A stretch of DNA of 64,000 nt from positions 834,827 to 898,826 of the forward strand of contig JBGAKR010000001.1 of assembly GCA_044224315.1 (NCBI GenBank), given 5' to 3'. This document shows, in pieces, positions 1 to 8,581 of the stretch. Positions within the stretch are counted from its first letter, which is position 1. Each line of letters begins with the position of its first letter. The position numbers were made by a program, and so were the translations under genes. The notes under the pieces were generated by a model. The model was not told the DNA's origin. It saw only the letters and a list, made by a program, of their open reading frames with translations, and did no database searches. The DNA is from Bacteroidia bacterium. GTDB lineage: Bacteria; Bacteroidota; Bacteroidia; NS11-12g; UBA955.

Positions 1-377
1 TGTTTTGCATTTTTAACCAAATGCAATTCTATCCAAATACCAATTAGGCTCCGTGGCAACTTAACTTCCGAAGGTCTTTATAATTAATTCCATAACTGAA
101 TAGCATCAATTACACATTTCCTTGGTATAAAGACGGTATATCGACGATATAAAGTCGCTGGGATTAGCAAACCGCGGGTTATTCAGGTCTAGTACTACAT
201 AATCCTGAGTACTTTAAATCCCTGCTTATGTTTTCCTTCGCAATTCCACAAATTTTTTCACCGCTAAGCCATTTCAGGCCAATGCGCTTGCCTTTGTGCA
301 GCAGATATTCTCACTAAAAAAGCATCATTATCCAAAACTTTGGTACTATTTTTGCGCACTGAAGCACGACAGCCCTT

Positions 378-740
378 ATGAAACCCTTTTCCGTAAAAAC
401 TTTCGTTTCCGCCCTGCTGTTGATTCTGGCAATTTTCAGTCCCAGGCAATCTGCCGGGTCTGTGCATTCTGTATTAACCATTGCCAACTGCCCCTGCCAC
501 TTTCATTCACACCTTACCGAAGGCAAATCCACCGTTCCTGTATTGCTTTTCTTCGCCGAAGAAAACAACAACAACGAAGACGATGAAACCTGCGCCAAAA
601 AAGTGTGTGCAAAGATTCTGCACGGAGCCGGTTTGCAGCCAGAAACACAACTCACCTACCTCTATAAAGCATGGGGTAGCCGCAATTTAACCCCTTCAAA
701 CACCCCGATTTTCATTCGGAACGGTGTTTTTCGTATTTAA
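378..740 (+). CDS. Small hypothetical protein with signal-like N-terminus, upstream of RND operon
   Basis: 120-aa ATG ORF; hydrophobic N-terminus, CPCHFHSH, acidic EENNNNEDDE, C-terminal PIFIRNGVFRI; co-oriented with efflux genes. Confidence 0.55.
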   Translation: MKPFSVKTFVSALLLILAIFSPRQSAGSVHSVLTIANCPCHFHSHLTEGKSTVPVLLFFAEENNNNEDDETCAKKVCAKILHGAGLQPETQLTYLYKAWGSRNLTPSNTPIFIRNGVFRI

Positions 741-908
741 AAACGCATTCATTTTTATCCATTTTCCGCATTACAGCTTACTCTGCCTGTAATGTTAGGA
801 AACCCATGCCCATACTCAATGATTTGTGGCACTGGCATCCCTGTGTTCAGTAAATATTACTGCACCAAATAGCAGAGAAAATCACCCCTTTTTACACTCA
901 AAATAAAA

Positions 909-1994
909 ATGAAAAAAAGCACCCTAATTGTGGCCATTTCTGCTGCACTGTTCAGCACAGCTTGCCACTCAAAAAAAGATGAATTAAACAACGAAAAAAC
1001 AAAATTCGTTGTCACCAGTCCGGTGGTAAAAGACACCACCATTCTGCAACAATATGTTTGCCAGATAAAATCCATCCAACACATTGAACTCCGTGCCCTG
1101 GAAAGGGGATACCTGCAGGAAATTTATGTGGATGAAGGGCAATCGGTAAAAAAAGGCCAACGCATGTTTAAAATTATGCCCATGGTGTATCAGGCCGAAT
1201 TTGAAAAAGCTGAAGCCGAAGCCAATTACGCATTAATTGAATATAAAAACACCAAAGCCCTGGCCGATAGCAATGTGGTATCACCCAATGAATTATCACT
1301 GGCAAAAGCCCGCTACGACAAGGCCCGCGCCGAAATGCAATTGGCCCGCACCCACCTGCAGTTTACCGATATCAGCGCACCATTCGACGGTATTATGGAT
1401 CACTTTTATGCCCGAAAAGGCAGCCTGATTGATGAGGGAGATTTGCTTACCACCATTTCGGATAACAGCAAAATGTGGGTTTATTTTAATGTGCCCGAAG
1501 CGGTGTATTTAAATCACAAATTGCGTTCAAACCGAGACAGCGCAATTAAAGTAACCCTGCTGATGGCCAACCAGGAAGTTTTTCCCTATCCGGGTTTTGT
1601 AAAAACCATTGAAGCTGATTTTAACAATGAAACCGGAAATATTGATTTCCGCGCCACATTTCCAAACCCCGAGGGCCTGCTGCGACATGGTGAAACCGGC
1701 AATATTCAAATGCCTGTGATACTAAAAAATGCAGTAATTATTCCGCAAAAAGCCACATTTGAAGTGCTGGAAAAGAAATACATTTTTGTGGTGGATGCCA
1801 ACAATGTAGTACACCAGCGCGAGATAAGCATAGCAGCCGAAATGCCAGATTTGTATGTAATTAAATCGGGATTAAAACCCAACGAAAAAATACTGCTGGA
1901 AGGGTTGAGAAAAGTGGCTGATAATGAGAAAATCAGCTTTGAATATAAAGACCCCAAAACCGCCATGGGCGAGCTAAAAGTGTATGTTGAATAA
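909..1994 (+). CDS. RND efflux periplasmic adaptor (membrane fusion protein), lipoprotein
   Basis: Lipobox-like STAC; V.EGQ.VKKGQ and ISAPFDG lipoyl-like motifs; precedes RND permease. Confidence 0.95.
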   Translation: MKKSTLIVAISAALFSTACHSKKDELNNEKTKFVVTSPVVKDTTILQQYVCQIKSIQHIELRALERGYLQEIYVDEGQSVKKGQRMFKIMPMVYQAEFEKAEAEANYALIEYKNTKALADSNVVSPNELSLAKARYDKARAEMQLARTHLQFTDISAPFDGIMDHFYARKGSLIDEGDLLTTISDNSKMWVYFNVPEAVYLNHKLRSNRDSAIKVTLLMANQEVFPYPGFVKTIEADFNNETGNIDFRATFPNPEGLLRHGETGNIQMPVILKNAVIIPQKATFEVLEKKYIFVVDANNVVHQREISIAAEMPDLYVIKSGLKPNEKILLEGLRKVADNEKISFEYKDPKTAMGELKVYVE

Positions 1995-2012
1995 TTCATA
2001 AAAAACAGCATT

Positions 2013-5000
2013 ATGTTTAGCAAATTTATTAAAAGGCCGGTACTTGCCATTGTGCTATCGGTTGTAATAGTTTTTATGGGTGTATTATCCATCAAAACAT
2101 TGCCCACTTCCCAATTTCCTGAGATTGCCCCACCGATGGTAATGGTTACAGCCTCGTACCCTGGTGCCAGTGCCAAAACCCTCATTGAATCGGTAATTAT
2201 ACCACTGGAACAATCCATCAACGGAGCCTGGGGCATGCGCTATATGACCTCGGATGCGACCAGTGCAGGTGAGGCCAATATTCAAATTGTTTTTAACCCC
2301 GGTACCGACCCCAATCAAGCCCTGGTGCAGATTTCAAACCGGGTGGAACAGGTGCGCAACCGACTGCCGGATTTGGTGCAGCGTGAGGGTGTTATTATCA
2401 CTCCCATTATGCCAAGTATGCTGATGTATGTAAACCTGTATAGCAAAGACAAGGATGCCAATATGAAATTCCTTTTCAATTATGCAGGTGTAAATATGAT
2501 TCCGGAATTGCAGCGTATCAAAGGCATAGGCCAGGCAAGGATTTTGGGGAGCCGTCAATATGCCATGCGCATTTGGTTGAATCCGGATAGAATGCGTGCC
2601 TATAAAATTTCGCCCGATGAAGTTATGCAGGCCATGAGTGAACAAAGCATCATCGGGAAACCCGGCAGGATAGGCCGTGGCGACGGAAACCGGTCAGAAG
2701 CTTTGGAATATGTTTTGGCCTATAGCGACCGTTTCAGCGATGCAAAACAATACGAAAATATCATTGTGAAAGCCACACCCAAAGGCGAAATCCTTAGATT
2801 AAAAGACATTGCCAAAGTAGATTTAGGCAGCGAATATTATGATATTTATTCAAACCTGAATGAACACCCATCCGCAGCCATAGTGCTTAAACAAACCTAT
2901 GGCAGCAATGCAAGTGAAGTAATTGAAAATGTAAAACTCAAACTCGATGAATTAAAAAAATCATTTCCACCCGGCATGGATTATGAAATTAGTTATGATG
3001 TTTCAAAATTCCTGGATGCCTCTACCGAAAATGTATTACACACTTTGCGCGATGCATTTTTTCTGGTTGCATTGGTGGTATTTATTTTTCTCGGCGATTG
3101 GAGATCTACACTGATTCCAACCTTGGCGGTGCCAATTTCACTTATTGGGGCCTTTATTTTTATGCAGGTATTTGGGCTTACCATCAATATGATTACGCTG
3201 TTTGCATTGGTACTTGCAATTGGAATTGTAGTAGACGATGCGATTGTAGTTGTAGAGGCTGTGCATGCCAAGATGGAGAAGGCCAATCTTTCGCCATTTC
3301 AGGCCGTAAAAAGTGTATTGGGTGAAATTAGCGGCGCCGTAATTGCCATTACTTTATTAATGACCGCGGTATTTATTCCGGTGGCATTTATGTCGGGACC
3401 GGTGGGTGTTTTTTACCGGCAATTTTCCATTACCATGGCCAGCTCCATTGTGCTCTCAGGCTTGGTGGCACTTACACTTACGCCGGTTTTATGTGCCATG
3501 ATTTTGAAAAATAATCACGGAAAACCACCACGCAAAAATTGGTTAAACCGATTTCTGAATTCATTTAATGTTCTATTTGATAAACTCACCGGAAAATACG
3601 TTTATTTATTGCGCAAAATTGCACATAGAAAATGGGTTACTGCCGGTTTTTGGGTGGTTTTTGTAGGCGGAATTATTTTTGTTTTAACCCTGCTTCCATC
3701 CGGATTTATTCCCAGCGAAGACCAGGGCATGGTATACGCCATTATCCAAACCCCGCCGGGTTCTACGCTTGAACGTACCAACGATATTTCTCAAAAATTA
3801 CAGAAATTAATTCTCGAAAAAGTAGAGGGTGTAAAATCCGTTTCATCCATTGCAGGCTACGAGGTATTGACTGAGGGAAGGGGCTCCAATGCGGGAACCT
3901 GCCTGATTAATCTAAAACCCTGGAACGAAAGAAAACATACCGTACCCGAAATAATCTACGAATTGGAAGAAAAAGCCAAAGAAATTCCCGGTGCCAATAT
4001 CGAATTTTTCGATCCGCCTGCGGTGCCGGGTTATGGCGCTGCCGGTGGTTTTGCGTTGCAGTTGTTGGATAAAACAAACACCGGTGATTACAACCAGTTG
4101 GAAAAAGTAAAAACCGAATTTATGGATGCATTAAGTAAACGCAAAGAATTAAGCGGATTGTTTACTTTTTTTAGCGCCAATTATCCCCAGTACGAAATTG
4201 AAATCGACAATCAGCTGGCCATGCAAAAGGGCGTATCCATTGGCAATGCCATGAATACACTTTCCATTTTTGTGGGTAGTACATACGAATTGGGTTTCAT
4301 TAAATTTCAACGTTTTTTTAAAGTATTTGTACAGGCATCACCCGAGTTTCGCCGCCTCCCTTCGGATGTGATGAACTTATATGTAAAAAATAATCAGGGA
4401 GAAATGGTGCCTTTTTCCGCATTCATGCGCATAAAAAAGAAACAAGGTGCCAATGAAATTAACAGGTACAACATGTACAACACTGCCGCAATCAGGGGTG
4501 CACCAGCCAAAGGATACAGCAGCGGCGAAGCAATAAAAGCAGTGCAGCAGGTGGCGGCGGCAACCTTGCCCCACGGATTTGATATCGACTGGGCGGCCCT
4601 GTCGTATGACGAGGTGCGCCGCGGCAATGAAGCGTTAATTATTTTCCTCATTGTACTGGCATTTGTATATTTTGTACTGGCCGCACAATACGAAAGTTTT
4701 ATACTGCCTTTTGCTGTAGTATTATCACTTCCAGCAGGTGTTTTTGGTTCGTTTATGATGCTTAAAATTATGGGCCTTGCAAACGACATTTATGCCCAGG
4801 TAGGCTTAGTGATGCTGGTAGGATTACTGGGTAAAAATGCTGTATTAATTGTAGAATTTGCCGTGCAAAAACACAAAGAAGGGGCCAGTGTTTTAGAAGC
4901 CGCCATAGAAGGGGCCAAGGTACGTTTTCGCCCGATTTTAATGACCTCGTTTGCCTTTATTGCCGGCTTGTTGCCCCTTGTTTTTGCGCATGGAGCCGGG

Positions 5001-5219
5001 GCCATTGGCAATCGCACTATCGGAACATCGGCCCTGGGGGGTATGCTGTTTGGTACCATTTTCGGGGTGATAATTGTACCCGGTTTGTACTACATTTTTG
5101 GTCGCATTGCCGAAGGCCGACAATTGATCAAAGACGAAGAAGAGAGCTCATTAACGGAAGATTTTGTGCATAAAATCGACGCATTCCCACAAGATAAAAC
5201 CGAATACGATTATGAATAA
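2013..5219 (+). CDS. RND efflux permease (HAE1/AcrB family)
   Basis: 1068 aa; FI.RPV start, QFPEIAPP, GIVVDDAIVVVE, GKNAVLIVE, R.RPILMTS motifs. Confidence 0.96.
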   Translation: MFSKFIKRPVLAIVLSVVIVFMGVLSIKTLPTSQFPEIAPPMVMVTASYPGASAKTLIESVIIPLEQSINGAWGMRYMTSDATSAGEANIQIVFNPGTDPNQALVQISNRVEQVRNRLPDLVQREGVIITPIMPSMLMYVNLYSKDKDANMKFLFNYAGVNMIPELQRIKGIGQARILGSRQYAMRIWLNPDRMRAYKISPDEVMQAMSEQSIIGKPGRIGRGDGNRSEALEYVLAYSDRFSDAKQYENIIVKATPKGEILRLKDIAKVDLGSEYYDIYSNLNEHPSAAIVLKQTYGSNASEVIENVKLKLDELKKSFPPGMDYEISYDVSKFLDASTENVLHTLRDAFFLVALVVFIFLGDWRSTLIPTLAVPISLIGAFIFMQVFGLTINMITLFALVLAIGIVVDDAIVVVEAVHAKMEKANLSPFQAVKSVLGEISGAVIAITLLMTAVFIPVAFMSGPVGVFYRQFSITMASSIVLSGLVALTLTPVLCAMILKNNHGKPPRKNWLNRFLNSFNVLFDKLTGKYVYLLRKIAHRKWVTAGFWVVFVGGIIFVLTLLPSGFIPSEDQGMVYAIIQTPPGSTLERTNDISQKLQKLILEKVEGVKSVSSIAGYEVLTEGRGSNAGTCLINLKPWNERKHTVPEIIYELEEKAKEIPGANIEFFDPPAVPGYGAAGGFALQLLDKTNTGDYNQLEKVKTEFMDALSKRKELSGLFTFFSANYPQYEIEIDNQLAMQKGVSIGNAMNTLSIFVGSTYELGFIKFQRFFKVFVQASPEFRRLPSDVMNLYVKNNQGEMVPFSAFMRIKKKQGANEINRYNMYNTAAIRGAPAKGYSSGEAIKAVQQVAAATLPHGFDIDWAALSYDEVRRGNEALIIFLIVLAFVYFVLAAQYESFILPFAVVLSLPAGVFGSFMMLKIMGLANDIYAQVGLVMLVGLLGKNAVLIVEFAVQKHKEGASVLEAAIEGAKVRFRPILMTSFAFIAGLLPLVFAHGAGAIGNRTIGTSALGGMLFGTIFGVIIVPGLYYIFGRIAEGRQLIKDEEESSLTEDFVHKIDAFPQDKTEYDYE

Positions 5220-6672
5220 TAAAAATATATTTTTCAGGTATTTTATGCCTGTTGCCATCATGGGTTTTGCCGCTTGCAATATTCAGGTAAAAGGACTGAA
5301 AGAAGCCAATAAAAATACCCCGGGAAGCTATTACAACCCCATTGCAAATGCCGATTCGGCCTACAATCCGTTCGATACCCTATGCTCGGGAAATATAAAA
5401 TGGAAACAGTTTTATACCGATACATTTCTCAGCCAATTGATTGATACGGCCCTGGTAAATAACCAGGAATTAAATATCATTCAGCAGGAGATTCTGGTCC
5501 GTAAAAACGAAATCCGGGTGCGCAAAGGAGAATACCTTCCATTTGTGGGAGTAGGCGGTGCAGCAGGTGCAGAAAAAACAGCCCGCTATACCCGAAATGG
5601 TGCGATGGAAGCCAATACCCAAATAAAACCCGGGCAAAATTTCCCCGATCCATTGCCCGATTTTGTGGGTGGCTTTACAGCCTCCTGGGAAATTGATATC
5701 TGGAATAAACTACACAACGCCAAGAAAAGTGCCATACATCGCTATCTCGCTTCTGTAGAAGGCAAGAACTTTGTAGTAACCCAGCTGGTAGCTGAAATCA
5801 GCAACTCGTATTACGAATTAATTGCCCTGGATAACCAGGAGGATATTTTGCAAAAAAACATTGATATTTTAACCAATGCCCTGGACATTGTTAAACAGCA
5901 AAAATCTGCGGCACGGGTAACGGAACTGGCCGTTAAAAAGTTTGAAGCTGAATTATTAAAAAATAAAAGCAGCATTTATTATGTGAAACAAAAAATACGG
6001 GAAACCGAAAATCACATTAACTTTTTAACCGGTCGTTTTCCCCAGCCCATAAAGCGAAATTCGAGTTTGTTTACTGCATTTACGCCTCCCGTAATTCATG
6101 CCGGATTGCCATCAAAAATGCTTTTAAATCGCCCTGACATTAGGCAAGCCGAGCAGGAAATGGCAGCCGCCAAGCTGGATGTAAATGTAGCCCGTGCCAA
6201 TTTCTATCCTTCGCTGCGCATAACCGCTGCAACCGGAACCCAGGCATTTAATCCGGCATTGCTGGCTTCTCCACAATCCATTCTGTTTATGTTTGCCGGA
6301 GACCTTGCAGCCCCGCTGATTAACAAAAATGCTTTAAAAGCCCGTTTGGGAAATGCCAATGCCATGCAGGTACAATCGGTGTATATGTATGAAAAAAATA
6401 TTCTAAACGCGTTCGTAGAAGTATCCAACCAGGTTTCCAATATCAGCAATCTGCAAAACAGTTATGATATGAAATCCCAACAGGTAAAAGCCCTTACTGA
6501 ATCCATTTCCATTTCATACAATTTATTCCGTTCGGCCCGCGCCGATTACATGGAGGTTTTAATGACCCAGCGCGATGGGTTAGAAGCCAAACTGGAATTA
6601 ATTGAAACCAAAAAACAACAGCTCTTAGCCGGGGTAAATATGTACAAAGCCCTGGGAGGTGGCTGGAAGTAA
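5212..6672 (+). CDS. TolC/OprM-family outer-membrane efflux lipoprotein
   Basis: Likely start ATG 5212 overlapping permease stop; FAAC lipobox, SWEIDIW, RPDIRQAE, YKALGGGW end. Confidence 0.93.
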   Translation: MNNKNIFFRYFMPVAIMGFAACNIQVKGLKEANKNTPGSYYNPIANADSAYNPFDTLCSGNIKWKQFYTDTFLSQLIDTALVNNQELNIIQQEILVRKNEIRVRKGEYLPFVGVGGAAGAEKTARYTRNGAMEANTQIKPGQNFPDPLPDFVGGFTASWEIDIWNKLHNAKKSAIHRYLASVEGKNFVVTQLVAEISNSYYELIALDNQEDILQKNIDILTNALDIVKQQKSAARVTELAVKKFEAELLKNKSSIYYVKQKIRETENHINFLTGRFPQPIKRNSSLFTAFTPPVIHAGLPSKMLLNRPDIRQAEQEMAAAKLDVNVARANFYPSLRITAATGTQAFNPALLASPQSILFMFAGDLAAPLINKNALKARLGNANAMQVQSVYMYEKNILNAFVEVSNQVSNISNLQNSYDMKSQQVKALTESISISYNLFRSARADYMEVLMTQRDGLEAKLELIETKKQQLLAGVNMYKALGGGWK

Positions 6673-6696
6673 TTCTCTCCTGATTCAAAATTGAAG

Positions 6697-6730
6697 AAAG
6701 CGGTGCGCCTGAAAACGTGCCGCTTTTTTA
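6697..6730 (+). terminator. Rho-independent terminator
   Basis: AAAGCGGTGCG..CGTGCCGCTTT stem (G-U pairs) followed by T run after tolC-like gene. Confidence 0.75.
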
Positions 6731-6774
6731 TTTACCTTTCAACTCCCCAACGAATAAATAAGTAAATTGCGAAT

Positions 6775-7893
6775 ATGAAATCTGCGAGCTTACTAATAAT
6801 TGCACTTTTTACTTTACTCAGTGCCAAAGCCAATATGGCCTATATGGGTCCCAAAGATGCGCATGTAAGCGGACAAATGCCCATGCCGAGGGTTCGCATT
6901 GTACATGAATTACTCACGGCAGATATGCGTCATCTGCCAGCTGGCAAGGTAAACGTTTTTGCCGATTACCAATTGCAGTGTACCACAACCGGAGGCAAAA
7001 TCAGATTTTTGTTTGTGGCCAGCAGCGAAATGCCGGTGAACCCTGAAATTATTCTGGATGGACAAGTTATTAAAAGCACGCCCAAAATTTCGGATTACCG
7101 CCCCGGTCTTTCAAGCGATGCCACTGCCGCCCAGCGCGATTCGCAATCCCAAATGATTGGATATGATTTGTTGCAGGAAGAATTTCACTACCAGCATTTG
7201 TTGGATCAATTGTTTGAATTTGATGTAGAACTAAGCGAAGGCATGCACCGGCTAAAAATTGGGTATGAGTGCAGTCCCACCGGCTACGAGAAAGGCAATT
7301 TGAGGTATACCAGCTTCCCTTATTTTTTGGGCAACAATAAAACCCGCGATTTATACGACAGTATTTTTATTAAAATTTTATTGCCCGAAGGTGTTGAATA
7401 TGAAACCAATTTTGATGTGAAATACGACCATGGCACGCTGCTTTCGGGCAATATGGCCGGATTCAAAAAATCGCATATTATGGTAAGCATTTTTAAAAAT
7501 CTGGAACCCGAATTAGCCGCGGGTTACAACCGATTCTTGTATATACAAATATTTATTTGGACCATACTTGTATGTACAACTATTTGGTATCTAAACAGGC
7601 GAAAAACAAGAAAAAAGAAGTTCATAGTTTCATTGCTATGGGTAATTCCCATTGCCATATTGGTGCCCACCGCCTTTGTGATTGGTGAACAAAATTATTT
7701 TAACCATTATCGTGAATTATACGGAGCATTTTTAGAAGGCAGCTTTGGTAAAGGGTATTATTTATTTCTGGTTTTTCCCGTACTTGCCATCATAGCTTCC
7801 ATTTCATGGCTGGCTTTTGCCCTCATTTATCACTACCTCATTTGCGGCCGTAAATGGGATCCGATGCGGATTTTTTTAAGGTTTAAGGTTTAA
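6775..7893 (+). CDS. Hypothetical membrane protein (signal peptide, extracytoplasmic domain, 3 C-terminal TM helices)
   Basis: 372-aa ORF; N-terminal signal peptide, three hydrophobic stretches in last 120 aa. Confidence 0.8.
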   Translation: MKSASLLIIALFTLLSAKANMAYMGPKDAHVSGQMPMPRVRIVHELLTADMRHLPAGKVNVFADYQLQCTTTGGKIRFLFVASSEMPVNPEIILDGQVIKSTPKISDYRPGLSSDATAAQRDSQSQMIGYDLLQEEFHYQHLLDQLFEFDVELSEGMHRLKIGYECSPTGYEKGNLRYTSFPYFLGNNKTRDLYDSIFIKILLPEGVEYETNFDVKYDHGTLLSGNMAGFKKSHIMVSIFKNLEPELAAGYNRFLYIQIFIWTILVCTTIWYLNRRKTRKKKFIVSLLWVIPIAILVPTAFVIGEQNYFNHYRELYGAFLEGSFGKGYYLFLVFPVLAIIASISWLAFALIYHYLICGRKWDPMRIFLRFKV

Positions 7894-7896
7894 CGA

Positions 7897-8072
7897 ACAG
7901 CCAGACAGCCATTCCCTATTCCCCATTCCCTATTCCCTAAAAGGCTGTTAATACTGGCTGTTATACTGGCTGTTAATCCGCCCATGCAATGAGGCGGCGG
8001 CTGTTAATACTGTCAACTGTAAACTGTCAACTATAAACTAAACTCTTCACTCCCAACTCTAAACTCTAAACT
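7897..8072. repeat. Composite intergenic repeat: ACAGCC/GGCTGT motifs, heptamer arrays and CCGCC..GGCGG hairpin
   Basis: ACAGCC at 7897 and 7905; GGCTGT at 7943, 7956, 7968, 7999; ATTCCC(T/C) x4 at 7911-7938; ~7-bp AACTGT/AACTCT units at 8010-8072. Confidence 0.85.
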
Positions 8073-8084
8073 ATCTTTGCTGTC

Positions 8085-8534
8085 TTGTTCACCAAACCCC
8101 TCCTCCACTCCCATTGCCTGCAAATTGTGCAGGACAAATGTTTGTATATACAACAATCCATTGCCGATGCGCAGGCTGCCAGTAATAACGACACCAAAAG
8201 CAGCATGGGAGATAAATACGAAACCACCCGCGAAATGATGCAGATTGAAATTAACAAGTTGGGGCAACAACTGGCCGATATGCAACAAATTTTATTGGCC
8301 CTTAAAATTCTGGATCCCAACAAAACCTGCGAACAAGCCGAACCCGGTGCTATCGTAATTACCGAAAAAATAAATTTTTACCTGGCTGCGGGTATCGGAA
8401 AAATTGAATTCGACAACACCCAATTTATGGTGGTTTCGCCAGCTTCACCCATTGGCAAACAAATGCTGCATACCAAAGCGGGTGGAAGTTTTAGTGTGAA
8501 TGGGGTGCTTTACGAATTGATTAGTATATATTAG
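8085..8534 (+). CDS. GreA/GreB-like protein (Bacteroidota type)
   Basis: DTKSSMGDKYET.REM coiled-coil tip and C-terminal VSPASPIG motif; TTG start 5 nt after TATCTTTG. Confidence 0.8.
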   Translation: MFTKPLLHSHCLQIVQDKCLYIQQSIADAQAASNNDTKSSMGDKYETTREMMQIEINKLGQQLADMQQILLALKILDPNKTCEQAEPGAIVITEKINFYLAAGIGKIEFDNTQFMVVSPASPIGKQMLHTKAGGSFSVNGVLYELISIY

Positions 8535-8581
8535 GATAAATAAATTATTAAAATATCTCCGCCTGAAATGAAAATTACTTT

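Noticed and set aside
60-330. Minus-strand fragments (DYVVLDLNNP..DFI, CVIDAIQ) faintly resembling a decayed AAA ATPase
   Set aside because: Needs several frameshifts and no Walker A motif is seen; too weak to call
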